Shown here in pieces: positions 1 through 9,276 of a DNA stretch of 39,457 nt. The position numbers were made by a program, and so were the translations under genes. Positions within the stretch are counted from its first letter, which is position 1, and the number at the start of each line of letters is the position of its first letter. Location of the stretch: contig JAAFKJ010000156.1 of the NCBI GenBank assembly GCA_021399395.1, forward strand, positions 1-39,457, written 5' to 3'. Source of the DNA: Candidatus Heimdallarchaeota archaeon. Lineage in GTDB: Archaea > Asgardarchaeota > Heimdallarchaeia > Heimdallarchaeales > Heimdallarchaeaceae. Below the pieces are notes generated by a model. That model searched no databases. It saw only the letters and a program-made list of their open reading frames with translations, and had not been told where the DNA came from.

Positions 1-792
1 TACGTCTGCGGCAATTTGTGATTCCCAAACGTTAGAAATTTGTGCTCTGGCATATAGTGATCCATAAACTCCTTGCATCCATAGACCATCATAGAATGAT
101 TCTTGGACATAAGTGTTCCATTCTGCAAGATTTGCAGGAATAGCATATGTGATTGAGTTGTCTGCTGGGTCATCCCAGAATTCATAACGATCAGAACCTG
201 CACCTAACAAGAGACCGTCAATACCGAGTAATCCTTCTTTCATACCGAAGAGTGATTTTGGATAAACCAACACAATGTCTGGCAGATCCTCATAGAGAAT
301 TGCTTGCATTTGTTGACCATAAACAATCTGTGCGGCTTGGTCCAATTCTGTTAGATAGCTGTTTAATATACCGTCATAAACAGGATTGATGTATTGATAG
401 AAGTTGTCTCCGAATGGGACTAAACTTGCTGAGTCAAATAGACCAGTTGGATCCCAATCAAGACCCCATGACCACCCTACAAAGAGTATGTCGAAACCAC
501 CTTCGGCATAAGTTGGGATGTAATCATAGTCAATTAATGGATAGGACCAGGTACGAGGACCGATGTTTCCCCATCCAGTAGATTCATGGAAGTCTACACC
601 AATACCAATTTTTGGTAATTGATTTTCCATGAGTAATGACCATTGATTTCTTGCGGCGCTTGTATTAGGTGATAGTAAGTTTATTGAGAAAACTTCTACA
701 ACCTCAGTATCGGCGGCATTTACTTGCCCCATGAAAACTGACAACGCAAACAGAAAAATTAGGCCATAACCTAATAGTGTTTTTTTCTTCAT
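1..792 (-). CDS. ABC transporter substrate-binding protein, family 5 (OppA/DppA-like), partial (runs off window start)
   Basis: Not in the ORF track. ATG at 792 with a GGTGA SD about 9 nt upstream; frame is open to position 1. Translation MKKKTLLGYGLIFLFALSVFMGQVNA (signal peptide) then ...QLPKIGIGV...GGFDILFVGWSWGLDWDPTGLFDS...DNFYQYINPVYDGIL...QAILYEDLPDIVLVYP, which matches SBP family 5 motifs. Confidence 0.85.
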   Translation of the reverse strand, partial: MKKKTLLGYGLIFLFALSVFMGQVNAADTEVVEVFSINLLSPNTSAARNQWSLLMENQLPKIGIGVDFHESTGWGNIGPRTWSYPLIDYDYIPTYAEGGFDILFVGWSWGLDWDPTGLFDSASLVPFGDNFYQYINPVYDGILNSYLTELDQAAQIVYGQQMQAILYEDLPDIVLVYPKSLFGMKEGLLGIDGLLLGAGSDRYEFWDDPADNSITYAIPANLAEWNTYVQESFYDGLWMQGVYGSLYARAQISNVWESQIAADV

Positions 793-916
793 TATTTTAT
801 TCACCTTTTCAAAATTCCACTTTATGTTTACCATGTTAGTGGAAGCGAGAAAAAGGTGCCCTAACATGTTAATAAGTGTTTTGGGTTACGATTTTAATAA
901 TTAGGAGCGTTTTTCC

Positions 917-935
917 CATTCTAATAATTGGACTG
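917..935. promoter_or_regulatory. Imperfect palindrome CATTCTAAT-A-ATTGGACTG, putative operator upstream of the solute-binding protein gene
   Basis: Near copy (2 mismatches in the arms) of the perfect palindrome at 9144-9162; TCCCATTCTAAT is shared exactly (914-925 and 9141-9152). Confidence 0.4.
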
Positions 936-1044
936 AATTTTTTTCTTTTTTTTCAAGTTGATAAATTTACTAACGATAGGAACGTTTCAAGTACTAGTTT
1001 TGCAAGAAGAGTGCTATTCCCATTTATGGAAGTAGTATTATTTG

Positions 1045-1506
1045 TCATGGAAGTAAACTGATAAGCCTCAAAATCCCAAAAAGAATCAACCCATAAAAGA
1101 GTATAAACATTCCCCCAAGGTAATATGTGAATGAATTAAATGTGGCTTCTCTAAAACTATCTCCAGTCAAAGGATCTGATCCCATAAATCTCTCTTTAAT
1201 ATTTGAAATAAAGACCGATTGACCAAAATTCCCAAGACATGCTCCTATGAAGATAACTAGTCCAGCTTCACCAAAGAATACATATTGCATAAAATATAGG
1301 ATGAACAGTGTTTCTGAATCAAACCCGAAATAGAAAATCAAGAATATAATAAAATTAATGAAAATAAAAACCATAGACGATAGGAAACCTAAGAGAAGTA
1401 TTCTCATCCAATTGACCTTAATGGTCTTTGTTGTATTCTCTTTCTCTTCATCTTGTTTTATTTCGTCAACCTCTTTTTCGAGCCAAGGTTTTTTTCTCTG
1501 ATTCAT
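1045..1506 (-). CDS. Hypothetical membrane protein (~3 TM)
   Basis: 153 aa ORF with hydrophobic segments; its start overlaps the upstream ABC ATPase stop (ATGA coupling at 1503-1506). Confidence 0.75.
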   Translation of the reverse strand: MNQRKKPWLEKEVDEIKQDEEKENTTKTIKVNWMRILLLGFLSSMVFIFINFIIFLIFYFGFDSETLFILYFMQYVFFGEAGLVIFIGACLGNFGQSVFISNIKERFMGSDPLTGDSFREATFNSFTYYLGGMFILFYGLILFGILRLISLLP

Positions 1507-2534
1507 TTTGTACCCTTTGTGTGCGTTATAGTTTCAGAGCAATATGGACAGAATTTTGCAGTGTGACTTACACGCTTTCCACACATTGCACATGTTACAA
1601 CGTCTTGTCCATTATTGTAAAGGTTTGGGTCAAAGACAGGGGTAAGAATTATACTGTCATCTTTTGTGGTAATAGTGAAATGTTTAGGGTCATTAACTAC
1701 ATTTAGAATATACTTTGGAATAGCCAATCTATTCTGCCTGTCTATCTCTAATAATCTACTCTCTTCAAGTTTCCTTAAAACAATCTCTCTACCATGACGA
1801 CCAATTATAATACCGTCTCGCAATTCAAGGATTCTATCTGCTCTTGAAGCTACTTGCTGCGAGTGTGTAACAATACAAAGTGCTATTCCGAGTTCTTTGT
1901 TTATCCTATCAAATAAATCAAGAATGCTTTCAGCTGTGACAATGTCTAAATCTCCTGTAGGTTCATCACCAATCAATATTCGAGGATTGGTTATTAATGT
2001 GGTTGCAATTGCAGCTCGTTTTTTTTCTCCTCCAGACAAGGTATCCTCTCTCTTATCTCGTTTTTCCCATATATTTAGAAATCTAAGAAGAAATTCAGAA
2101 CGCTTCTTTATAACACTTGGATTAATTCCAGCATAGTGACCAGCTAATTCTATATTTTCTTTTACAGTTAAATGAGAAAGTAACCTACTATCTTGAAAAA
2201 TAACTCCAGCAAAAGAACGTCTTGCCCTAATGATTTCTTCCAATGAAGATTTTGTAATGTCTTTGGAAAGATCCTTCCAGAACACTTTGCCAGATGTTGG
2301 TTTTATTATCCCCGCAACTGTATTAACCAATGTGGTTTTACCAGAACCACTTGGACCTATTAGAAAGACTTTTTCTCCAGGATTCACCTTAAATGATACT
2401 CCTCTGAGTGCTTGTGTTTCAATTTTTCCCGTTTGATAGATTTTGATAACGTCTTCTGCAATTAGTAGAGGAATATTTTCATCTCGCTCTTTAGCAGTTA
2501 AGCCTTCTTGAGTATTATGTGCAGCAGTAGCCAT
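1503..2534 (-). CDS. ABC ATP-binding protein (LolD/MacB/FtsE-like) with C-terminal AbrB/MraZ-like segment and zinc ribbon
   Basis: Walker A GPSGSGKTT, signature LSGGE, Walker B ILIGDEPTGDLD, H-loop VTHS; C-terminal CAMC...CPYC. Likely start is ATG 2534 (MATAAH); the ORF extends to 2579. Confidence 0.9.
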   Translation of the reverse strand: MATAAHNTQEGLTAKERDENIPLLIAEDVIKIYQTGKIETQALRGVSFKVNPGEKVFLIGPSGSGKTTLVNTVAGIIKPTSGKVFWKDLSKDITKSSLEEIIRARRSFAGVIFQDSRLLSHLTVKENIELAGHYAGINPSVIKKRSEFLLRFLNIWEKRDKREDTLSGGEKKRAAIATTLITNPRILIGDEPTGDLDIVTAESILDLFDRINKELGIALCIVTHSQQVASRADRILELRDGIIIGRHGREIVLRKLEESRLLEIDRQNRLAIPKYILNVVNDPKHFTITTKDDSIILTPVFDPNLYNNGQDVVTCAMCGKRVSHTAKFCPYCSETITHTKGTK

Positions 2535-2675
2535 TCTTAACAACAACAGCAAACAATAGACACTAATAAAATTGTCCATCTATCAAACCCTTTCTGGGAA
2601 ATCAAAAAATTTACATCTACAACTCAAAATATTGCGCAAAGACAAAAAAGAAGAAGGATTATCCTTCATTTGTGA

Positions 2676-3662
2676 TTAATCCAAACTTAAATCTGGTTCT
2701 TTTCTTGATTCAATGAAATTACTGAACCATCGATAAACAAAATTCTTATTTTTCCATATACCATCAAGATTTCCAATAATCAAGAATACTAAATAAACTA
2801 CGAAAAATGGAATAAGATAAAGTAACCACAAAGTTATTGCTACTCCAAGTGGGTGATACTGACCTGGGTGTGCCTTATCTCCTTCAGTCTTATATTGCGT
2901 ACCATATATTATAAATTCATTCAACGTTCTGTCTACGAATAACGAATAAAATAAACCAATAAACTCCAGAGTGATATTTCCAGTCATTAAAGCCATTTGG
3001 ATCCCTATTATCAAACTACTTATGGCAATTACAAGTAGAAATTTTGTAGCGCTTGGAAGAAATTTGGTTTTCTTAACTTTTTTGAACACAATGAAATTAT
3101 ATGATCCTGAAACCACTGCGCCTAGAATGATCGGCATCATGACTAACCAAATATATGTTTTTGTCCACTTTGGTTGTGCTGGGTTAATTAACTCCTGTCC
3201 CCAAACATCATCATTGCTAAAGAATCTTTGTAATTCATTGAAATCTTGTTCCTCTACTGGCAAACCTCCATTTTGGAAGAATCCACTATCTTTCAATAAA
3301 AATAGTCCCCATCCAAGTATTAATACAAACATTGGAGCAAAGAACCATACTAGAAAGGGCGTTGTCACAAATCTTAAGGCTGAATCTTGACCATTATTCA
3401 ATCCATATGTTAGAAAAACATCTATCCAATATCCAGGCCCCTCAAAAAATTTACCTCCTCTTAGAGTGTTTGTTATACCCATGATAAGAAAGCTGATGAA
3501 CCACGTACTCAAAAGATAAATGCCAAATGGTGAGTGTATCTTTTTTCCAAAAAACTTACCAGTTGCTTTTGACCAGTCTTTCCATACTTCTTTTTGTGTT
3601 CTAGGACCTAATTCTGTTGAACTTAATTCACTTTTATCTACTTCAGTATTATTAGATTCCAT
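2676..3662 (-). CDS. Hypothetical polytopic membrane protein
   Basis: 328 aa ORF with ~5 hydrophobic helices and no recognised motif. Confidence 0.75.
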   Translation of the reverse strand: MESNNTEVDKSELSSTELGPRTQKEVWKDWSKATGKFFGKKIHSPFGIYLLSTWFISFLIMGITNTLRGGKFFEGPGYWIDVFLTYGLNNGQDSALRFVTTPFLVWFFAPMFVLILGWGLFLLKDSGFFQNGGLPVEEQDFNELQRFFSNDDVWGQELINPAQPKWTKTYIWLVMMPIILGAVVSGSYNFIVFKKVKKTKFLPSATKFLLVIAISSLIIGIQMALMTGNITLEFIGLFYSLFVDRTLNEFIIYGTQYKTEGDKAHPGQYHPLGVAITLWLLYLIPFFVVYLVFLIIGNLDGIWKNKNFVYRWFSNFIESRKEPDLSLD

Positions 3663-3803
3663 AGTGGTTCCATTTTGCTCATTACAATAAACATTTTAAA
3701 TCTTTTCTCTCCATGCTGGAAATTTTACGTTAAAAGAAAAGCTTCAACCCAAATCCTTTAAGTGTGTTAATTTTTGAGATTTTTAGTGCTTTGAGGATTA
3801 ATC

Positions 3804-5237
3804 ATGACTGAAGAACACACTTTAACACTTACTAGTTGCGGTATAGATGTTGGAACTACTACCTCTCATCTAATATTTTCCAAGTTAAAACTTGAAAAGA
3901 TATTTACTCAGAGAGGAATTAAGTTTGAAGTAACTGAGAGAGAAATATTATACAGAAGTCGTATAATACTAACACCACTTATTGATGGACTGAATATCGA
4001 CTATCTAAAACTTGTTGAATTCATAAAAAACGAATATCAACAAGCTAATGTCTCTATCGACGATATTGATACTGGAGCAGTTATTATTACTGGTGAAAGC
4101 GCAAAGAAAGAAAATGCTGAAGAATTGGTCAAATCCCTCGCACATAAAGCAGGGAAGTTTGTCTGCGCTGCAGCAGGACCAAATTTCGAATCAGTTATTG
4201 CTGCAATGGGATCCGGAGCTGCTCTTTACTCAAAAGATTCAAAGAAGACTGTAATTAATATCGATATAGGTGGTGGTACTTCTAACATTGGCATTGCTAA
4301 AGATGGAGAGATTATTGATGCAGCTTGTGTTAATGTAGGTGGTCGATTATTGGCTTTTGATGATGAGAATAAAATTACTCGTATCGAAGCACCAATAAGG
4401 AATTTAGAGGATAAAATTGGTGTCACATTTGATTATGGTATGGTTATTTCAGAAGATCAAAAGAAAGCCATGGCAAAAATCCTTGCAGACAGTTTATTCG
4501 AAGTTCTAAATAAAAACATCAAAACAAAGATTGCTCAAAATCTTTTGATGACAAATCCAATTGAATTTGATGGTGTAATCGATGAAATGATTTTTTCAGG
4601 TGGAGTTGCTGAATATATTTATGATAAAACAGATGCTGATTTTGGTGATTTAGGAAAATACCTTGGAGAGGAAATAAGAAAAATAGTAGACAAACAAGGC
4701 ATAGTGCTTCATGAACCTCAAGAACTAATAAGAGCTACAGTTATAGGTGCAGGTCAGTATACTCTTCAGGTTTCAGGTGTTACAACTCATATTTCTGATT
4801 CTGAGCTTCTTCCAATTCATAATATACCGGTCTTAGAACCAAAATTGAATACAAAAGATATCACTATAGAAAATGTAAGAAAAGCGATTTTGAAGAGTTT
4901 CAATCTTTTCGATGTTGTTGAGGGAGAACAATCTGTCGCCCTTTCTTTTAAAGGAGCAATTGGGGGTTCTTATGCCGGACTAACAACTTTTGCAAAAGGA
5001 GTTGTAAGTGCTGTTCCAAAAACTATTGAAAGAGAGATGCCGCTTATAATGATTTTTGACAGAGATATAGGTAATTCTGTGGGCAATGTAATGAAAAGGG
5101 AAACAGATGCAAAAGAGAACATTATCTCTGTAGATGAAATAAATGTACAAGAGGGAGATTTTATCGATATCGATAAACCCAAAGCTGGTGGGCAAGTTGT
5201 GCCCGTCGTTGTGAAATCGTTAGTTTTCTCTAATTAG
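3804..5237 (+). CDS. eutA: Ethanolamine ammonia-lyase reactivating factor EutA
   Basis: GIDVGTTTSHLIFS, GAVIITGE, FVCAAAGPNFESVIAAMGSGA, NIDIGGGTSN, NVGGRL, IRATVIGAG and C-terminal VVPVVVKSLVF are characteristic of EutA. Confidence 0.9.
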   Translation: MTEEHTLTLTSCGIDVGTTTSHLIFSKLKLEKIFTQRGIKFEVTEREILYRSRIILTPLIDGLNIDYLKLVEFIKNEYQQANVSIDDIDTGAVIITGESAKKENAEELVKSLAHKAGKFVCAAAGPNFESVIAAMGSGAALYSKDSKKTVINIDIGGGTSNIGIAKDGEIIDAACVNVGGRLLAFDDENKITRIEAPIRNLEDKIGVTFDYGMVISEDQKKAMAKILADSLFEVLNKNIKTKIAQNLLMTNPIEFDGVIDEMIFSGGVAEYIYDKTDADFGDLGKYLGEEIRKIVDKQGIVLHEPQELIRATVIGAGQYTLQVSGVTTHISDSELLPIHNIPVLEPKLNTKDITIENVRKAILKSFNLFDVVEGEQSVALSFKGAIGGSYAGLTTFAKGVVSAVPKTIEREMPLIMIFDRDIGNSVGNVMKRETDAKENIISVDEINVQEGDFIDIDKPKAGGQVVPVVVKSLVFSN

Positions 5238-5242
5238 AAAAC

Positions 5243-6856
5243 TTACCAAGCAATAGCTAATCCATCTGCTCGAGGACTAGAACCTCCACAAAGTACACCG
5301 GTTTTTGGGTTTCGAGTTATAATCTGCCCTCTACCAAATAAGCTTCTGGCAATTCCTGAAGTTGGAATTACTTCATGACCCATTCTACTTAAAGTACTCA
5401 TAGTTTCAACAGATATTCCTTCTTCTAAGGCTACTTTTCCGCCACTAGTTCCATCTCTTATACAGAATCTTGGTGCATTAAGAGCTTCTTGAGGATTCAT
5501 TCTGAAGTCTACCATGTTCATAATAACTTGGGCATGTCCTTGTGGTTGGTTGAAACCACCCATTACGCCGAAGCTGGCATAAAGTTCTCCATCCTTTGTT
5601 GCCATTCCAGGAATAATTGTGTGATATGGTCTTTTATTTGGTTCTAGAACATTGGGGTGTCCTGTTTCCAATGTGAAATTGGCACCTCGATTTTGTAGTG
5701 TGAAACCACACTCTTGTGGTACTAATCCTGTTCCAAATCCCATGTAGTTTGAGTTAATAAAACTGCAAGCATTACCTTCTTCATCTGCAACTGAGAAGTA
5801 TACTGTATCTGAACTAGCAAAAGGTGATCCTTTCTGAACATCAATTGAGGTTTTTGTGAGATCGATTAATTTTCTTCTTTCTGCAGCATAAGGTTTCGAT
5901 ATTAACTCTTGAATGGGTACATCTACAACAGCTGGATCTGCAACATACCACCTTGTATCTGCAAAAGCTATTCTCATAGCTTCAATCAGAACGTGCAAAT
6001 ATTCAACTGATGAATGCTTCATATCTGCAACATCAAACCCTTCTAGAATGTTGAGTGCAATAAGTGCGGTTATTCCTTGACCATTTGGTGGAATTTCAAA
6101 AACATCCACTCCTCTATAGTTGGTTGAAATGGGGTTGTCAAAAGTAGTATGGTGATTTTTTAAATCATCCAAAGACATTACGCCATCTAGTGATTGAATT
6201 AAATCTACAATGGCATTTGCGATTCTTCCTCCATAGAAACCACTTTTTCCTTGTTCAGCTAGAGACCTAAATGTTTGTGCCAATGTGGGGTTTTTCATTA
6301 TTTCTCCTTCTTTTGGAGCTTCACCATTTCGTAGTATCTCATCTCCATATGGTCCTCTCTTAATTAGGGTTTCACTCCTTTTCCATGCAAGTGCAGTAAA
6401 AGGTGCAACGGGAAAACCACCTTCTGCAAGCTCTATTGCTGGCGTCAAAACTTCTTCTAGTTTCATTGTACCGAATTTTTCAATTGTATCTGCCCAGCCA
6501 GCAGCTGCTCCAGGAACCGTAATGGTATGAATACTAAGAGGTGGTAATGAACCAGTAATTCCTTGGTTTTTCAGAACATCGAGGTTCAGTTCACTAGGAG
6601 ATCTACCACTTCCATTTAATCCAGATACTTTCTTGTTTTCATTATCAAAGAATAGACAAAAACAATCTCCACCTATTCCAGTTGAACTAGGTTCTGTAAC
6701 ATTCAATGCTGCTGCCGTTGCTACAGCTGCATCAGCTGCATTACCGCCTTTTTGTAAAATTCTCATTCCTGCTTCTGAAGCTAAAGGTTGACTTGAAGCG
6801 ACCATACCTCGTCTACCATAAACAGGTGCTCGGTAACTATTGAAACGTAAACTCAT
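5243..6856 (-). CDS. ggt: Gamma-glutamyltransferase family protein
   Basis: GGNAADAAVA, GIGGD, TVPGA, autoprocessing site SDTVYFSVAD, PNKRPYHTIIPG, GVMGG..QPQGH. Confidence 0.93.
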   Translation of the reverse strand: MSLRFNSYRAPVYGRRGMVASSQPLASEAGMRILQKGGNAADAAVATAAALNVTEPSSTGIGGDCFCLFFDNENKKVSGLNGSGRSPSELNLDVLKNQGITGSLPPLSIHTITVPGAAAGWADTIEKFGTMKLEEVLTPAIELAEGGFPVAPFTALAWKRSETLIKRGPYGDEILRNGEAPKEGEIMKNPTLAQTFRSLAEQGKSGFYGGRIANAIVDLIQSLDGVMSLDDLKNHHTTFDNPISTNYRGVDVFEIPPNGQGITALIALNILEGFDVADMKHSSVEYLHVLIEAMRIAFADTRWYVADPAVVDVPIQELISKPYAAERRKLIDLTKTSIDVQKGSPFASSDTVYFSVADEEGNACSFINSNYMGFGTGLVPQECGFTLQNRGANFTLETGHPNVLEPNKRPYHTIIPGMATKDGELYASFGVMGGFNQPQGHAQVIMNMVDFRMNPQEALNAPRFCIRDGTSGGKVALEEGISVETMSTLSRMGHEVIPTSGIARSLFGRGQIITRNPKTGVLCGGSSPRADGLAIAW

Positions 6857-6886
6857 GTTAAGATGATTTCTGGGTATAAAATAAAT

Positions 6887-7708
6887 CTATTGCTGAAAGA
6901 ACTCGTTTAACCTCTGGTAAAAATATATTCTTTCCCATTCTATTTCTTTAATTCCATACTCATTAAAGAAGGATTCAACCCATTCTTCTCCGTAGTTGTA
7001 TCCTATACTCCAGGCAACAGCTGCAAGATCAAAATATCTGTCGTTTACTCCACCATACGGCCAATCAATAAAACCGCTTAATTGTTCATCTCTAATGAGA
7101 ATATTTGGAAGACAATAATCTCCATGTGAAAAAACAAGATCAAATTCAGTTGGTTTGATTCTAACTAGTTCTTCAAGCAACTGTTTTGGTTCTTTATCTT
7201 TCCACCTTTCATCAAATTGATTAGGATCAATATCGCCCTTTTGTAATCTAGCTTTAGCGAATTCTATCATATTATTAGGATTATTATCAATTGGACACTC
7301 TTTTAGATTGATAGAATGTATCATTTTTAATCCTTCAGCAAGTATTTTGATATTAGTAATCTTTTCATCATCTGTTTTAGCAATGTGAGAGTTCGTCCCC
7401 TCTACTTCTGACAACAGTAGGAATTCTCTCTCTTCTGCTATGTCAAAGTAAAGAACCGTTGGTACAGGCAGTTTCCTCTCTAACCATTCTAAGATGGTTT
7501 TTTCCTTTTCTAGATTGAAATCCGATTTTGGTTGGTTTATTTTAAGATAAAGAATTTCTTGATCGCGAGTAAGTTTGAAAACGAATGTTCCGGAATATCC
7601 AAAAGTATTGTCTTCCCAGTTGAAATCTTTTATCAACTTCTCTAATTCTTTTGGGAAATTAAATGTCAAATCCTTCTTATCGGCCATCAAAATCAGCTGG
7701 TAATTCAT
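6887..7708 (-). CDS. Aminoglycoside 3'-phosphotransferase-like kinase, APH(3') family
   Basis: G-x-S-G N-lobe loop, LYLK, LPVP, Brenner motif HGDYCLPNILI, GFIDW...DRYFDLA. Start may be ATG 7687. Confidence 0.85.
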   Translation of the reverse strand: MNYQLILMADKKDLTFNFPKELEKLIKDFNWEDNTFGYSGTFVFKLTRDQEILYLKINQPKSDFNLEKEKTILEWLERKLPVPTVLYFDIAEEREFLLLSEVEGTNSHIAKTDDEKITNIKILAEGLKMIHSINLKECPIDNNPNNMIEFAKARLQKGDIDPNQFDERWKDKEPKQLLEELVRIKPTEFDLVFSHGDYCLPNILIRDEQLSGFIDWPYGGVNDRYFDLAAVAWSIGYNYGEEWVESFFNEYGIKEIEWERIYFYQRLNEFFQQ

Positions 7709-8022
7709 TTTTACGCTTAAATTGTTTTGGACATGGCAAATAGTTAATCATAGGATAGTAGGAAACAGATATTTAGTATTAATTTTGGGCTTTGTTTTCA
7801 AGCGATATAGAAGATAAATGAACTAACACTTAGAGGAGCCCACTCAGTCTATAACACTTTAACGAATATTGTGCAATTTTTTAAACGCACTACCCTAGCT
7901 TGTAAGATTGATTGAAAAACATGCAAAACCTATTCTTCTAGTAAGGAGATATATCCAAGAAGCAATCTAATAATAAGGTAGGGGTTAGCTGTTGCTGGTT
8001 GAAAAGATTCGTTAAAGGTGGA

Positions 8023-8361
8023 TTATTTACAGTAGTTGAAAAACTTCTCATAAATTATTATCATTGAATTTACAATGTGGTTCCAATTATCTTCATTTAT
8101 ACCACTATCTATATTCTCCAAAATCTGGTTTACTTCTGTTGTTATATCAATTTTGCAGAAGATTTCCATCTCTCCAATTAAGACTTGCAAAAGATTCCTT
8201 AGATGACACTTTCGCTGTGTTAAGCCCTGTTTAAGTTTTAAAATTTCACAGAAGACCTCACTCATTTTTCTTAGTTTTACTTTGGTCATTAAAATATGTA
8301 AAGAAGGATCGGATTCCGAATTTTCTCTGTATTTTTCTAGAAGTTCCATGTCACCAATCAT
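8023..8361 (-). CDS. Hypothetical protein, divergent from the TetR gene
   Basis: 112 aa ORF with a GGTG SD just upstream of the ATG. Confidence 0.6.
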   Translation of the reverse strand: MIGDMELLEKYRENSESDPSLHILMTKVKLRKMSEVFCEILKLKQGLTQRKCHLRNLLQVLIGEMEIFCKIDITTEVNQILENIDSGINEDNWNHIVNSMIIIYEKFFNYCK

Positions 8362-8423
8362 TTTTCACACCATTTGAGTGAACGCTGTTTTTCCCCTTTG
8401 TTAGGTATTTATAAATATTGTTA

Positions 8424-8440
8424 AATGAACAACGTTCATT
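8424..8440. promoter_or_regulatory. Palindromic operator AATGAAC-AAC-GTTCATT, likely TetR site
   Basis: Perfect 7-3-7 inverted repeat between the divergent hypothetical gene and tetR, next to TATA-like TTTATAAA (~8408-8415); a degenerate copy AGTGAAC-GCT-GTTTTT lies at ~8377-8392. Confidence 0.65.
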
Positions 8441-8476
8441 AAAAAAATTTATTTAGTATAACCCCTACACATCTCG

Positions 8477-9115
8477 ATGACTCAAACTAGAGCAAGATCA
8501 AAAGAAGCAAAAGAACAGCAAGTTCAAAAAATCATTGAAGAAGCACGTAACCTGTTCATAGAAGTAGGGACAAGGGGTTTCAGCATGAGAGCACTGGCAA
8601 AAAGGCTTGATATGTCCCAAGGTAATCTTTACAACTACTGGTCTAGTAAGAGACAACTCTGGTATGAAATTGTTAAGAGGGATTTTGCTGATTTTGAAGA
8701 TGAAATCACGAAGATAGTTACATCACATGAAGGGACAGTTCTAGACTTACTTGAGAATCTAGCCGATTTCTATTTTGATTTTGCTGAATCTAATTATCGT
8801 AGATATCAGATAATGTTTGTTATTCCTCCTCCACCAACAGACTCTTCAGAATCGGAAGCTGACAAATTCGAACCTCAATCAATTAATATGCTTCTAATGC
8901 TAGTTGAAAATGCTATTACTGAAATGAATATTGAAAATGTCGATACCAAGAAATTTGCTTTATATTTGTGGACTGTGATACATGGAACAGTACTAATTAC
9001 AAATACTATCTTGTTTGATCAAAGATATGATGCAGCTGTTTTTGGAAGTAAAAAAGACTTTCGCGAGTATGTGAAAAATCAAATTAAGAATCAATTAGAT
9101 ACCGTATTCTCGTGA
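8477..9115 (+). CDS. TetR/AcrR family transcriptional regulator
   Basis: N-terminal HTH IIEEARNLFIEVGTRGFSMRALAKRLDMSQGNLYNYWSSKRQL; C-terminal WTVIHG (WHG-like). Confidence 0.93.
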   Translation: MTQTRARSKEAKEQQVQKIIEEARNLFIEVGTRGFSMRALAKRLDMSQGNLYNYWSSKRQLWYEIVKRDFADFEDEITKIVTSHEGTVLDLLENLADFYFDFAESNYRRYQIMFVIPPPPTDSSESEADKFEPQSINMLLMLVENAITEMNIENVDTKKFALYLWTVIHGTVLITNTILFDQRYDAAVFGSKKDFREYVKNQIKNQLDTVFS

Positions 9116-9143
9116 TCAAACTTATTTAATTACACAAAAATCC

Positions 9144-9162
9144 CATTCTAATTATTAGAATG
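9144..9162. repeat. Perfect 19 bp palindrome CATTCTAAT-T-ATTAGAATG
   Basis: 9-1-9 inverted repeat read directly downstream of tetR. Confidence 0.7.
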
Positions 9163-9204
9163 AATGGAATAATTAATAAGTGTCTGACAAGTGAAAAGAA
9201 TTAA

Positions 9205-9276
9205 GGTGCAGGAAGGAAAATTGAAATTAGTCCGTCCAATGTCTTGCAAAAAGAAACTCATGAAACCTTCCGCACC
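9205..9276. other. GC-rich long-range stem (GGTGCAGGAAGG / CCTTCCGCACC), candidate structured RNA
   Basis: 11 bp pairing with one bulged A, enclosing ~49 nt in an otherwise AT-rich intergenic region. Confidence 0.35.

Noticed and set aside
153-389. 78 aa plus-strand ORF (and 876-1061)
   Set aside because: Shadow of the minus-strand solute-binding protein gene or its promoter region; no protein-like motifs.
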